DNA from: Blasia pusilla | Taxonomy: Eukaryota | Direction of reading: 5' to 3' | Assembly (NCBI GenBank): GCA_050084515.1 | Contig: CM114271.1 | Location: forward strand, 24,862,001-24,926,000 | Length of the DNA stretch: 64,000 nucleotides | Part shown: in pieces, positions 1 through 13,859 of the stretch | Layout of the letters: every line of letters begins with the position of its first letter | Numbering within the stretch: the stretch's first letter is position 1 | The notes under the pieces: model-generated | What the model saw: only the letters and a program-made list of their open reading frames with translations | Database searches by the model: none | Told to the model about the DNA's origin: nothing | Made by a program: the position numbers and the translations under genes

Positions 1-560
1 TCAAAACCTTCAATTTGTGAACAACCTTGTGCAACCAATCTTGCTTTGAGTTTATCCAACATACCTTTCAACTTCTACTTGGTCTTGTACATCCACTTGG
101 TACAAAATATCTTACTCTCCTTAGCTTCTGAACCAAAGTCCAAATTTTCTTTCTTTGAATAGCATCCATCTCTATTTGCATGGCCTCTTTCCATTGAGAA
201 TCCACAAGAGCCTCGTCCAAGCATGTTGTTTCTTCCACCTTCAAGAACTTTATTATTAAGGCCATATTGACAAGATGTGCATAAGCTCTATTGCGCTCTT
301 CTAGTCTCTTGGATCTCCTTGGATATGTAGTTGGTGGATCCTTACCATCCAAGAACAACTTTATCCACTCAAGGTATAATGACCATAGGGGAAGAGCAAG
401 TTTCTCTTTGTACTTATCACTAAATTCTTTTTCTTGGTGATTTGGTGCATGCATTGATGATGTGTTTGGGTGGGTTATCTCTCTGTTTGAGGATAATATG
501 GATGGACCACTAATATTTGCTACTTGACAAGGTTGTTCTTGAAACAACACATCAAAACTC
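1..560 (-). mobile_element. Ty1/Copia pol remnant (start of reverse transcriptase)
   Basis: Minus-strand translation EETTCLDEALVDSQWKEAMQIEMDAIQRKKIWTLV, then after a frameshift WMYKTK*KLKGMLDKLKARLVAQG, matching the Copia RT N-terminal motifs. Continues off the window edge. Confidence 0.85.
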
Positions 561-3500
561 CACCACTCATTGAAGTCGGTAGGAGATTTCACCGCCACAG
601 CCCCAATGGCTTATCCAAATAATGTGAGGGTAGGGAAGGAGAGTGTCCCCCTCATCCCTCCCCTTATAGGTACGCTTGAATTTTATCCCCCTATTCATCT
701 TAAAATCCCAATTCCCAAACCACTTGCTCTCAACAAAGAACTCATCTTAAGGCTTGCTTCTCCCTCTTGGCTCTCACTTAGTTCCCATAAGGAGTTCCAC
801 ATCTTTCCCCCAAAGACTTGTATAAACCCACATATCTATCTTGCCTCTTGGCTAGTCTTAGCATGGGGCCTAGGTATAGTTTGCCAAACCTCGGTCTTAA
901 GGGTTGTATGTTTTCTCACATATTTTGATCTCCCTTAGGTATATTTTTTTTGCCCTTTCTCCAAGCGCAAGGCTTATCTCGTGACTTGCCGCTTACCTAG
1001 TCTTGTGAGTGACTCAGTAGTGTTTGTTCTACCTTCGTGCTTCCATTAAGATCGATCCTCATTTAACGTGCAACCATAACTTGCTTGTTGAATCCCTCCA
1101 GTGTATGCATCCAAGACTTAGCTATTTATGATGACTTTTATTCCTTTTCTTTCAAAATACCTTAACTTTCGCCTACTATGATACGTTTTCAACACATAAA
1201 AACAACATGTGTACTACCATCACCCATATCTATTGGAGTTCTCTCACCTTGATCACAACTAAAAAGAGTTACGAATCCCACCCAAGAAATTACTCAAACA
1301 TGATAATCAAGTTTATTAGGGTGTAGATAATCAAGTTTATCTTCCTATGTCTATTTGTTCCCGATGCTCTATCTTTGGAGACATAAAACTAGACAAAAAG
1401 AGAATGTGAGAACTTTATACAAGAGAGGACGGAAAGATAGGAAAGCATATCCTCCTCCTTTTCCCCACCCTCCTCTATTTAGTGGTAATATTATAACAAA
1501 CTGTACTAATCAACACCAAATAAATATAATAAATACCAACACTAGAGAGAATCCATGGCATTTAACATTGAATCTTTTACAACTAGGTCTAAGAAAAATG
1601 AGCTTCAAACTAGTCTAATTGGAAAATTCCAACGTGTAAAATTCTATTTAAAAGAAGAATATATACAAGACTATTCAAGTTCAAAAGGAGGACGTGTCCA
1701 TAATATTCAATTTTATTTGAAAAGAAATAGTCTTAAAATAAGTAATTAAGGATATTTCAAAGTGGTTATTTTGGTTTTTTACTAGTAAAAGTACGTAAAG
1801 TTGTAGTAAATAGTAGAGGTGAAATGAAATGTGTCAATTTAGCTATTTATTTTTATAAAAAATAAAAATTTTAAAAAAATAAGAGAAAAACTTCATATGA
1901 ATTTTAGAATATAGTGTTATGGCTAATGTTACTTCTAATTTTTACAACTAGGTGAACCAACAATAATGAACTAGAATTTTTTACAAATCCTTCTTCTTCT
2001 TCTTTTTTCACTTTTTTTGAGCCCAACTAATAATTATGTGTCACTTGTTATAATTAAGAGAATTAAAATTAGCCTCTTATTACAATTAATTTATGTGTGG
2101 TGGCCATAGTGTGCAAGATTAGATATATATTTTCGTAATCATTGTTCTTGCCCACTTAGAGAGTGTTGTTTGTCGTGCGCCTTCTCCTCTTGAACATCAA
2201 TCTTAGATGTTGCGGAAGCGTGCGTTCAATAGGTCACACTCACTCTATTGATCTACATCCAAACATACTCTCATTAGCCTTGGTTTGAATCAACCAACCT
2301 TCCAACTCCTCGAGTTCTCAACTCGGGTCATTCATCAAGCTCAACAGGTTCGAACTTCTCACTTCCTAACACGAGCAAGTCTTCTTAGACTTGGGACAAA
2401 CTTTCTGGATAGTCCAAGCACCTAAAATGGCGCTCGCACGCCTAGCGGTCCCAACTGTCCAATGGACACACATGAGTCTCTCACTGAGACCAAAAAATGA
2501 GTTAAGGGTTGGAATCCAAGGGTGATCTTCGAAATCCACTCATTGGGACTTTGCTTGGTGTTCGCATCCTGACGCTAACCTCCCAATCCATTGCGTGCAC
2601 TTTGTTTTCCCCGCGGCTCTCCAAGGTGGAGTTCAATTTCCAAGCACCCTTGGAGATTCTCCCCCTTCTATATACTTTTGGGGTTCTTTTCCCTCCCCCC
2701 ACCTTTGGGAAAGTACTCTCATGCCGCTCATTCTGGCCCTCAACCCAATTGTCCTTCTAACAGTTTTTGGAAAATTTCTAAGTCTTTACTATTGCATTTG
2801 TCAAGATCTTTGGTTTGTTGGAATCATCTTTATGTAAGGTTTCCAACGCCATCTTACTTGTCCCAAACACATATCAGGTCTAGCCGTTATGACCTAACAC
2901 ACACTAAAACCCCAAACGCTAGTAAAGCTCCAAGTCTAGTTCTCATCGTCTTTGGCAACCCACTCTTCTTAACCTTGACTTCTCTCAAGTGTTGGTTCGT
3001 ATTTGATATAGGTTTCCCGAGTTGCAATTGTTAACACATGAAGCACTCCATCTTGCTCGCCTCTCGCCTCTCACATCTCATGTCTCCTTTAAGAGACTTC
3101 TCCATCACGCATCCATCTAAGTGTGAGCCTACTAGAGTCCTAATATTTCGCATTGACGCACATTTGGCGATGATGTTGGAATCTCAACATCCACTTCTAT
3201 CAGCACCATTAATCAGATCGGCCCCCTTGTATGAGGAGAAGCCTAGATTGATGGTTCCGCCTTAGACATCGAAGGAGTCATAGTAATATGACGTAGGTGA
3301 TTTCACGAGTAGCGTTACTAGGATTATCTAACCCTATATGGCATCAGGGTGCGGGACACCTTGATGCGTTGTAGGGGTCTGGGGGCGCAGCCCCTGGAAA
3401 ACCTTTTCTATGAATAGAAACGAAGAAAAATAGGTAAATACTCTAGTTTCCCGAGTAGTGAAATAGTCGGGAGCCGCAACGGTAGCGCATTCTCGTATGT

Positions 3501-3599
3501 CGAATTATCTCCATGTTCAGGTTCCATCAAAGCTCTTCTGTGAGCACACGGACAGACTAGGCCAATTTGTATCTCCAAGTTTTATAAAGATTTCAGTGA

Positions 3600-4950
3600 T
3601 TCGTCACTTTCTGTTTTCTCACAGTTAAGGGTTGCAACATTGTGAGTCTTGTAACAAGAAAATGAGCTTAGTTGTTTCTTTTTAAAGCTCTTAATGCAAT
3701 TGGAAAGTGAGTAGATATTTTTTTGAAACAATAAAACTTTATTTACTTTGGCTACTCCATTGATGTAGTATATTTTTGGCTTCAAATTTGAGCTAGTTGA
3801 TCAAATATAGCCATATTTACAAAATTTGGCAAAGGATCGTGCAAAAGTTTGTCACTTTCTAGCCATGCCTTCCATAGCAACCCTAAACCAGACTCCTCAT
3901 AGCCCCCCTCTCTCAAGAAAATATCCATGCACAAAGGAGGACAAAGGATTGAGGAGAAGAAGGAGTAGAAGAAGAAGAAAATTGTCGCCAAAGACAAGTG
4001 GAGAGATTTCCAGAATTGGTGATGGAAGACCTCTAAGTCTCACCAATTTGATTGTCAATGTTACATTGAGGTTTTTTCTTGCTTATCTGGGAGAAATTTC
4101 AAAGTTTCAAAATATTTTGGTCTTATTCTTGTGGGAGTGCATTCCACCAAGAATGATTAATGATCACATGCACAAGTTCAACTGGTTGATGTGGGTCAAC
4201 TAGAATTCCATTTGGAACAAGGCAACTTAAGTCTTTCTTGTTAATGATGAGTAGAGAAGCTAACCAATGACAAATGGACAAGTTGTGTCTTGGCGCTACT
4301 CTTGGCAATGTTGGTGTTGATTGCCACAAAAGGAAGATTGTAGGGAGTGAACAACTTCTTGTTGGTATGTGTGAAGCTTATAATGACTTCTTACCTTGAA
4401 ATTTTGATTTCTCCACTCCTTTACTCTGTGCTTCATCTTCCAATCTTCATGCTCTCCAATCATTATGTACTTGATAATTTAAGTTCCAAGGTGGGATGTA
4501 TTGTAGTATTGGAGCATTATCCCTATTTGAGAATATTTTGTCACATTGCAAATGAGGCAAGCAGATCTAATGTAAGCATCATCCTAAAGGCAAGTAGTGT
4601 GGTCTTGAGTCAAAATGTTATAATTTACTACTAACTTCTAAAGTTGCAAAAATTTTATCATATGATGGAAGTGAGTATGTTGATAGTTGTGATATTTGTT
4701 TGCTTATACATAGAGGGGATGTAAGACATAAATCAAACCTAAATGAATCATATGTTCCATTCATAAAAAATTCTATGATGACACGGGTTGGCATGGTGGA
4801 ATACTATTTAAGAGTTTTCAAGATTCTGGAAAAAGGATATACTTAGTGATCATTTGACCCATCACCTTTAAAGAGATCTAAGCACAATTTTGGAACTCCG
4901 TAGGAATAAAGTTTTGCATCTTGTGATGATACAAATTTGTAGTAGTGTTC
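3600..4950 (-). mobile_element. Heavily decayed retroelement-like coding remnant (possibly Copia gag/protease/integrase)
   Basis: Only short patches (e.g. QYIPPWNLN, CCYGR) resemble Copia pol; many stops and frameshifts. Confidence 0.25.
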
Positions 4951-5215
4951 AAAATATCTACCACACGCATATGCTACCCACACACATGTTTACAAATGAG
5001 GCAAAGAAACTTCTTCACCTTATCTATAGTTGTGGTTCATAAACTCTCTAACATGAGAGTTCTCAAGCCTCACATACAACCGCTTCACTTGAGGTGGATT
5101 ATACACCTTAACACCGACATCCATATCCTCTACTCTCTCCCCGCCACTCTATCCCCGTCCGCTCAAACATCAACCACAGTAAGACTAACATGATGGCGGA
5201 AATAAGTCAACTACA

Positions 5216-6987
5216 TGTCATGACCTTGCGGATTATGTCGTACAGTATAGTCTGCTAGTAGAGGCCATACCTTATGTAGGACCGTAGTGGCTAGGTAGAG
5301 ATGTGGTTTCATACATAGGGTTGGGGGTTACTCAGTTGGGGGTGACTTTCCCAGTAGGGCCCGCTCTTAGGTTGGAGGATATAGTGTGGCATGCACCCAA
5401 AGAACAGTCAGTTCTTTGAGTTGAGCCTGTTGCGTTGGGAGTTAGCCTTGGTAGTGAGTAGAGCTCTTGGCTATGGTGTTTCCCGCAAGCTTCGACCTAG
5501 ATTCTCCCATCGTGGAGTGGGTTTGGCTCGATTTATGTGATTCTATACGTGTTTTATGATAGTAGGTCCCTCACGGATTTCACTCAAAGAACTGGAGTAG
5601 ATTGATGGTAGCTTCGATTGTGGATCAGTAGGATCTGGTTAGGGCTGATTGTGTACTCAGCCGTGGATGTTTGTGGCTTGTGGCCTATGTTGGAGGTAGG
5701 AATCTGGTGCGTGGTTGGTTGGGAAAGAAGCGCTTTCTGAGAGCTTTCCAACGTGCTTTAGATCGCCGGATTTCATCAATGGAGTTGGAAGTTATCAAGG
5801 ATTGAAGATTCTGGTTCGTGTTTGTCGGTTTTCTGATGTGGAGAGCTTGGAGTGCGGAAGCTCTGTTGAAGCTCATCCAGATCGGGTGAGAGTTTCCTAT
5901 TGCTACTTGTATTGTGATCTCATGTCAAGCTATCTGCTTGAATGTGTGGAGCGTTGCAGATTTCTGCGTGCATGAAAAAGGGCGGAAGCGTTGTCGGATT
6001 TGCGATTCTGGAGGTGTATGGATAGCAAGTTTGTCTCACTTTTAGCTCGGAGTACAGAGCTCAATTGTACCTGATTTTTGTGGTGAGATAGCTATGGTGG
6101 TCAATTGAATTCTGGTTGAAACAGATTCAATTTTGGTCGAGGATTTGTGGAGTAATTGCTGATCAAAATTTTGCGGACTAACTCAAGGTCTATGGTGGAC
6201 AGCGGATCGGAGGGGTTGGTTGGTTGGTGACTCATTCATTGTTGGAGATGCCTATCCCGTTGGGGGCGCCCTGGTTGGGCCTCTCTCCATAGCAAAGCAT
6301 GGCAAACGGGGCGAAAGGGGCATGTCTCGAGCATTTTGAGGCTTCGAGGCAACTTGTGGTAGCTCGAGGCGAGTGGGAGTGAGAGGCGGAGTAAGGAGCA
6401 AGGAGCAAGGAGCAAGCAACCAAGCTTGCTTGCTTGGGCGTGAGGCAATTTTTTCAGGATTTGTGATTTGAGTGTTGCATAACTGGTCACCCATCTTTGG
6501 GCTATTCTGCCTAGAAGACGCTTAACTGCTGAGTTCTTAACTATGCCAGTGTATACACTGGTGTAGCTCATTTGGTGCTATTCGGAGAGGTGTTAGGCAT
6601 TTTATGCATCTCAGGTTTTTGGTTGATGGACCTCTAGCGCATAGTACGGTGTAGCCTCTCCATGCAGGTGATATTTTCAGGTGCTGCGAGTCCGAATAGC
6701 ACGTCATCGACCCGCGGCGGAGTAGCAATTGCGTTAGAATTGTGTGGTGGGTTCTGTGGATTCAGGGGATGCCACATTTGGTGGATTGTGTTATCTTGAT
6801 TTCCATTTGGGATTGGAGGATTGTCTTTGGACTTCCTCGGTTGGATCCCCTCCATCATTGCTTCTTGCCTGGCACCCATTGTTAGGGTTGATGCTGATTT
6901 CCAGAGTAGTGTTACTCCTGTGTGCTACCGGTAGTGAGGCTCGAGTGATGACCAGTAGACCGTGGGAGGCTTCTTGTGGTGATGACA
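5216..6987 (+). repeat. Putative 5' LTR of Gypsy copy A
   Basis: Non-coding G/T-rich block directly upstream of gag, starting TGTCATGA and ending TGATGACA (imperfect terminal inverted repeat). No partner LTR or clear PBS in the window. Confidence 0.4.
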
Positions 6988-7093
6988 CGTTAGGTTGCCT
7001 ACACCCATAGCTAGTAGAGCTAGAATAGTATAGCGACATCGACGTCACTTGGTTACTTAGTGGTGGTAATTTGGTGGTGGTGCGGCATCGGCG

Positions 7094-8640
7094 TTGGTCA
7101 TCACGGAGCTGTCGGGTGGTCTCGTTGGGGACCGTGGTACGGACAGTGGTGGTTTCACACAGAGTGGATTTAGGTATCGACTACCTTTTCCACTTCCGAC
7201 GGTTGATGAAGAGGAGGACGAGGGTGTTCCAAACACCGAGTCTTCTACGTTGTTATCGAGTGTTGCAGCTCCATTGATTTGGGACATGGACGGGATATAT
7301 GGGGCCATGAAGGGCCCACAACGATACTCGGGTGCAATGGGCACCATTGAGTTGGAGGACTTCATGGAGGAGTTTGATACGTGGTGTGATATGCAGATGT
7401 TGCGGAACGCCACGTTGTTTACACCCTTCTTAGCTTGGAAGGGGTTGTTTCACCACTTGGAGGGAACACCCATGGATGATTACCATAAGTTTAGGAAGGA
7501 CCATGTTGCTGAGATTGAGACGTGGAGATAATATTGGTCTCCAGGCTATGTGTCTATCACCCATGGTGGAATTGGTAGTAGTGCTCCTACTATGCCAGCC
7601 AGCCCGACGTTGAGTGGTACGAGTACGAGCCGGAGTGGGGATACCAGTGGAGGTACCCATGGAGGTAATAGTGGGGGTACTAGTGGAGGTACTAGTGCCC
7701 CACCATCGTTTAGCCCGGTTGCAGAGTTCTTCAAGAGGTTGAAGAAGAACTATCAGGGAGTGAAGACAGAGAAGTTGAGGAGTCTTCAGGAATTTGAGCG
7801 AAAGACTGGTGAGAGTCTTTGTGAGGCATACACTCATATGCGACGCTTGATTTCAGTTACCCAGGGTGTGACTGAGGCTGAGGCAATCCAGTTTTGGTAT
7901 GGGATCTTGGACAGAGAGTTGCGCCACACGGTACGTGATGCTACTCTTATGAGTGATGATTCACCCACATTGACCCATGTGTTTGCTCTATCTGAGAAGA
8001 TTGAGCTTAACATGGTGAAGGAGAGAGTGGTGACATCCGCATTCAGTAGGGATACAACTACTACTTCTCATGTTCCGGAGCCCACCTCATAGTCTTGTAG
8101 TAGTGGTGGTGGTAGTAGTAGTGGGAGTCGTGGGGGTACACACGACCTCAGTCAGGTCCTAGAGGGACACTTGCGCAGAGACCATTTCCTTCATTTGCTG
8201 CCCCGCAGCAAGGACAGTCATGTTGGACATGTGGAGGTGATCATGTTAGGAATTTTTGTCCCTAAGAGGATGGGAGACGGACTTTGGAGAATGGGCCTCA
8301 GTGGGCCCCAACTCAGTGTGATCATTGCGGGAGACCACGTCATCCTCGAGAGCGTTGCTTTGATCTTCATCCAGAGTTGAGATCAGGCCACGGCTGTGGT
8401 GGAGTAGCTCCGAGCGGCCGAGGTGGTAGAGGTGGTAGGGGTGGAAGAGGTGGACCAAGTGGTTGGAGAGCCTATGGTGGCCACCCCTTCCACTACGACA
8501 GAGTCAGCTATGGCTGCCAAGAATGAGCAGTTGGAGCAGAAGTTGGCTACTATGGCTGGTATCCAGCATAGATCAAGTTCGGGAGCAGGGGCTTCCATCT
8601 CTTATGGAGGGGATGATCTCTCTTATATGGCAAGTGCAGA
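7094..8640 (+). pseudogene. gag: Retrotransposon gag with two CCHC zinc knuckles and an RGG tract
   Basis: Gag-like segment FFKRLKKNYQGVKTEKLRSLQEFERKTGESLCEAYTHMRRL; knuckles CWTCGGDHVRNFC (~8221) and CDHCGRPRHPRERC (~8317); GRGGRGGRGG; in-frame stops at 7529 and 8090. Confidence 0.8.
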
Positions 8641-9219
8641 ATAGGTTGAGGCATTAGCTGTAGTTACAAGAGGAGCCACTCAAGCGTTAGAGCCACGTGG
8701 TGCTACTGTGGAGTTGGACCCATAGAGGGGTGAGGCTGGGAGGCAGGCTAGGCTTCCCCAGTCATTCTTGTTGTCTGAGGTGCTTAGGACTCCATCCATG
8801 GTTCCTACGCCATCTATTGAGCCAACACTGGGGACTGAGGCATCTACATCGCGTGTAGTAGACACGGATGCAGCATCCAGTGCAGTATTGCGAATGGCAA
8901 CTTCGGTGTTGGGATCCCCATTGTTTTCGGCCACGGAGCTGATGGCTTTAGGAGTTAACTTAGCTCCTGTATTTCAGCTAGCAGCCACGTTGTGTAAATG
9001 TGGGGGTGTTACTGCTGAGGTGGATGAGGGTGTTGCGGTGGAGCGACCCTCTATGTCAGGTGTAGCATTAAGTACCAGTGCTACTTGGCAGGCAACAACG
9101 GCGAAGATGGATGCATTACCAGCCCGGCCAGCCATTGATAGCGAGAGGCTTACACCTGGTGTATGTATGTTGGACAACTAGAGTGGGATATTCCGATTGG
9201 TAAGTCCTACAGGACAGAT

Positions 9220-9560
9220 GTATAGACCAGATAGAGTCTTGTTAGACTCTGGTGCCCAACCTTTGATGTTGGGAAAGGCGGCATGTATTGGTTTGGGTAT
9301 TCGGAGGTTAGAGCTTGAGCCTTGCCCATTCTAGATTCAAACATCACTTGGAGGATCCAATGAAAGGTCTCAATTCATGACACGGGAGAAGTTTTTTGTA
9401 GAGTTGAGACCAGATCATGCGACTGATAGCTCCCGATTTGGAGTACCTGTAGTGGTCACATCAGCCGAGTCGTATGATGTACTAGTTGGAGGAGCAATAT
9501 TGTACCCGATGGGTTTTCAAATGGATTATTGGACTGAGACAGCGTCTTATAGACCAAGTT
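9220..9560 (+). pseudogene. Retroviral-type aspartic protease domain
   Basis: YRPDRVLLDSGAQPLMLGK (catalytic DSG) and downstream ESYDVLVGGAIL. Confidence 0.85.
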
Positions 9561-9949
9561 GGCAGTCCGCGGATGGATGTATGAGCCAAGTTCCTGTGAG
9601 ATATATTTATGGGGCTCGACCAGGAGGATCTTCCCCAATAGTGTTAGCATCTGTGGCTGGTTTTAGTGGAGTAGTCACTTGGCCATGAGACTTTTTGGAG
9701 GGTAATGTTTCTGCTATGGATTCTCCTGTGCATGAGGAGATAGAGGAGGTCCCTATTTTTGCAGCAGTGGCATCCTCATCGTTGGATGTGCCACTTTGGA
9801 GTTCAGGCGATGCACTACGGCAAGAGGCTGATCGCCTAGTGCATGAGGCTTGGTGTGAGGCTATTATACCTCACGAGGAAGAGGAGGCCCCATGGCGGAC
9901 TCCTACTTCTGGTCCAGTTGGGTTATCCCTTTTGGATACTACACCCATT

Positions 9950-10920
9950 GTATGGCAGTATCCGCCGGAGGGCATTTGTGTGTTAGATCTCTTTGGTGGG
10001 ATTAGCACTGGTTTGGATGTACTATTGCAGGCCGGTATTCCTGTGCGGAGATACGTGTATGTGGAGCGAGATGAGACGGCCCAGAGAGTCTCATCCCGAC
10101 ATATTGGTCAATTGATGCGGAGATATCATGAGTTGTTTCCGCCATCAGCTATTCGTGGGTACCAACATGCTTTGCCGTCACACATTGCATTGTTGGTGGC
10201 AGGACCTTGAGAGGGTTGGTCATGTGGATTTGGTGAATCCTGGATGGCCATATCAGGGTCATACACGTGCTGGTCGTGGTGAGGGATTACACGACCCTAG
10301 GTCTTGATTTTTTTGGGAGATGTCACGGGTGTTACGACATCTTCAGGTTCATCAGGCACGTGCTCCAGCTTACATTCTGGAGAATGTTCCATTGTTGGGT
10401 GACACTTACACCCGGATGATGGCGAATGTTCATGAGGTGCGGTCTTGGATTGGACCAGCGGTGTTGTTGGATGCAGCGCGAGTTGGCTCGCGTGCACATT
10501 GTCCACGCTTGTGGTGGACAAACTTGTTGCCTAGGGAGGTTCTACGTCGAGCATATGATGCAGTGCAGCGGGATCCTTGCCTTACAGTGGATAGTATCTT
10601 GGATACTGGATGACTTTCTCAGGTGGTGAGGGTTATTGATCGGTCACCCATGGCAGTGGTGAACCATGTGGGCCAGCCTAGGATGGCACTACCCATATTT
10701 GTGAGTTTTCCTCGTCATATGCCTATAGGGAAGGTGGTCCCGGGCTTGTATGGGATTCTCATGTGCGATAGTTGGTGGAGCCTAACGCTGATGAGAGAGA
10801 GAGCGTGCGATGGGATTTGCTATTGGTGTGACAGCGGTTGCTTCCAATTCTGAGGCTTCACGATGTTATGTGTTGGGTCAGGCCATGGACCTGAATTGTT
10901 TGGCTTGGATTTTGAGTCTT
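9950..10920 (+). pseudogene. C5 cytosine DNA methyltransferase domain (DNMT3-like) within pol, copy A
   Basis: Motif I VLDLFGGI (9980-10003); II YVYVERD; IV VDLVNPGWPYQG (catalytic PC read as PY, 10248-10253); VI YILENV (10371-10388); VIII SRAHCPRLWWTN; IX EPNADE/RERAMGF; X LGQAMDLNCL. Broken by frameshifts and stops. Confidence 0.9.
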
Positions 10921-11229
10921 GGTATGGCCGAGCAGCGTCGACTTCGGACTATGTCTATGGGTCTTCCACCCCTTGTAATGAGCTCGATGGCTACCGGGAC
11001 GGTAGAGGCATCGGTGGAAGCAGAGAGAGTAGTATTTTGCATCATTGGAATAAATGGGATGTAATGGCTGGGCATGTGGAGTTGGTTGCTCATGCTAGTG
11101 GAGGAGTTATTTGCTTAGATGATGGTGTAGCTAAGGGTGTACCATTTTGTGAGGGGGTTGCGTAGCAGCCAATGGCATCGTCCTCTCCCTCTAGTGTGCC
11201 AGTGGAGGAGACTTGGGAGCCATTATTGG

Positions 11230-11962
11230 TGCCCCAAGCTTACGGGAGGTGAGAAACGACGCTTGACACAGTTCCTACATGCTTATAGTAGTTGTTTTGT
11301 CTTTAGCATGAAGGAGTTGGATGCTCTGGTTGGACCCGGTATACGGATTGATTTGGCTATTGATACGCCAATCTTCCGTCGTCCCTATCGATATAATGAT
11401 ATGGAGAGGGATCTGATTCAAAGTAGGACGTTGGACCTTTTGGAGGCTGGATTAGTGGGGTTATCGCATGGAGAGTATGCATCAGCCAATGTCATGCGTG
11501 CTAAAAAGAATATGCATGGCAACCACACCAATAGGCGGATGTGTGGAGATTACAGTCCTATCAATCAGCAAACCAAGGCCGATAGGTATGCCATGCCTAC
11601 ACCTGAGGAGATCTTTGATGTGGTGGGACAGGCAAAGATTTTCAGTACTTTGGATCTTCGGGCAGGATACCATCAATTGCCGATTCGGGAGAGTGACAAG
11701 GCCAAGACAATATTTTGGGGTGTCAATTCTCATGGCAAGGATTGTTTGTGCCAGTGGAAATTCTTACCCTTTGGGTTGAAGAATGCACCTGCCGAGTTTC
11801 AGAGAGTGATGGACAAGATCCTAGCTGGGTTGGATTTTTTTCGGTGTTACATTGATGATATCTTGGTGTTCAGTAACACGGTGGAGGAGCATCAGATACA
11901 TTTGCAGATGGTGTTTGAGCGGTTGAAAGCTCATGGTCTACGTTTGCATCGAGGAACATGCA
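11230..11962 (+). pseudogene. Gypsy reverse transcriptase, truncated, copy A
   Basis: [70 protein letters not shown]. Confidence 0.95.
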
Positions 11963-12755
11963 CTCCTCCACTATGAGGACTTTATAAGTCTTCTTTATAG
12001 AGTTTCCGATTGTGAACATGTCAAAGATCTTCAATGAGCGGATGTGAATTATCTTCGGGACATACCCTTTGTTAACAAGAGTTTTAGCAGCCCAGAGAAA
12101 ATAGTGTCTCATTCGCGTAAAGGTGAGGATAGTGATATCTTTTCCACGCCTCACCATTTGTGCTCCCTCAAGGCAACATACACAGTTCTCATCCGGAATT
12201 GTCTCCTTTAAGTTGTATAATAGCACATGCCCAAAAAAAATCACAGGGTTGTTACTTTGAATGGTAGCCTTCTTGAGACCTTTGGTTTTGTAGGAAGTAA
12301 AGCAAGCAACTAATTTCAATCCAGGCATAGATTGGAAGTAGGATTCCAACCGATGAGAGTATTTTACCCCGAGTTTTAATTTTCTATCCAGTCCACAGGT
12401 GACCTGAACCTCTGATAACACATCGGATAGTGAAGTGGCCTCCCGAGTTCTAGTGTAGCATTACACAATTGTTGGAGATCCGGTTGTAGGTCAACAATAG
12501 GAAACCCAAGTTCATGCCTTCTATAACTTGCGGAAATCCAATCATGGCTGCATCAATTGCTATCCCTATGAAGGAATTTTCAGCAATTGGAGTGTCCAGC
12601 AGCCTCTAGTCACCAAACTTTTCTGCAAAGCCTTTTGTAACTTTGTAAGAGCCAGCACTATGACCAACATCCTCTCCCATGAGACAAACTCTAGGGTCTC
12701 TCTCCATCTCCTCTACAAGACCCTCATGTAGAGCTTCATATATAAGAAGCTCATG
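11957..12755 (-). pseudogene. pdhB: Plastid pyruvate dehydrogenase E1 beta subunit pseudogene/captured fragment
   Basis: [56 protein letters not shown]...[11 protein letters not shown]...[14 protein letters not shown]...[16 protein letters not shown]...VLIVEECM. Contains stops and frameshifts, no introns seen, 3'-truncated. Confidence 0.9.
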
Positions 12756-13859
12756 CATGCTTGTCAAGACAGTTTACGAAGCACCAATCCCTAGCTCTCG
12801 CGGCCCTAGCGCGCACCAACTTTGTCAACCTCAACTCGCAGCCCTTGCACGCATCTCGCTCACAATCTCGACTTGCTCTCGATTGTTTTGCTATTAGGAC
12901 CAACTCAACTTGCTCCAACATTTGAATCTCACTCCCTCAATTCATCCATACCAATGCACAAACGTTGTAAGATGCAAATTTTCTTATGCAAACCCTAAGC
13001 AATAGTTAAGGGTCATGACACACTCTGAAGAGCACCCTAGGCGGGTATTTTCTCACCCGCCCTTTAGCTCGATCCCTCCCGCCAAAACTTTCGCATATCA
13101 TTTTCCATATTTTTCTAGTTCTCATCCATATATATATTCTCCTATCTAAGTTATAATTTCAAAAAAAAGTATACTACTATTATACCTTCCATGTCATTAA
13201 TTAAAAAATATAATAATTAAAAATATTTTCACTATTTCAAATTTTATATGGACAAGTTTTATCGTTGTTATAAAACTTAGTTCAACATAATTTAGTGCAT
13301 GTGACTCCAAAAGGATTTTAGATAAGACACAATATTCTCAAATTAATATAAAATAAAACTATGTAATATTAAATTTTTGGAAGGAAAAATAAAATAACAT
13401 ATAATTTTTCTAGTCCATATCTATTACACCTTTATCTCCATCCCTTTCCTAAACTCTCACCCTTCTCTCAATTTACAATAGTAAGTAAATGTGACTCTAA
13501 TATCTTGTAAGTAATTCAAGAGTCAATTAATTGGTTTTGGCGTAACAACGAGTAATTTAAATGACTCTTAGTAATACGAGTCACAAACATGTGGATTCAA
13601 AAAGGCCTTTTTTCTACCAATATATTTATGTCTGGTGACAAAATACTTGAGAAAGGGGAGAGGGGGGAATATTTGAGAGTGAGAGTGAGAGTGAGGGAGG
13701 GGTAGGATAACCCCTCTCTCCCCAATTCCTGGTTTCTGTCTCATGACAGAAACCTTGGAGAGGGGAAGAGGGAGGAAACATACACTTAGGAAAGGGAGAG
13801 AGTGGGGGAGGGGGCCAAATACTTGATGTTTACTTTTGTTGTTATAACAACAACAACAC

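Larger units (their letters stand above)
5216..11962 (+). mobile_element. Ty3/Gypsy-type LTR retrotransposon copy A (gag-PR-DNMT-RT), 3'-truncated and decayed
   Basis: Ordered gag, two zinc knuckles, protease LDSGA, C5-methyltransferase motifs and RT ([22 protein letters not shown] at 11848-11859). The RT breaks off at LHRGTC. Confidence 0.9.

Noticed and set aside
6988-7030. tRNA primer-binding site for Gypsy copy A
   Set aside because: No convincing TGG-starting tRNA complement; TAGCTAGTAGAGC only loosely resembles TGGTATCAGAGC.
9950-10920. Host DNMT3/DRM gene or bacterial restriction-modification methylase
   Set aside because: No introns or own start, collinear with pol between PR and RT in both copies, and motif order is not permuted as in DRM.
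5211-13025. One intact element from TGTCATGACC (5216) to GGTCATGACA (13020)
   Set aside because: Flanks CTACA and CACTC form no TSD, and no second LTR copy is present.
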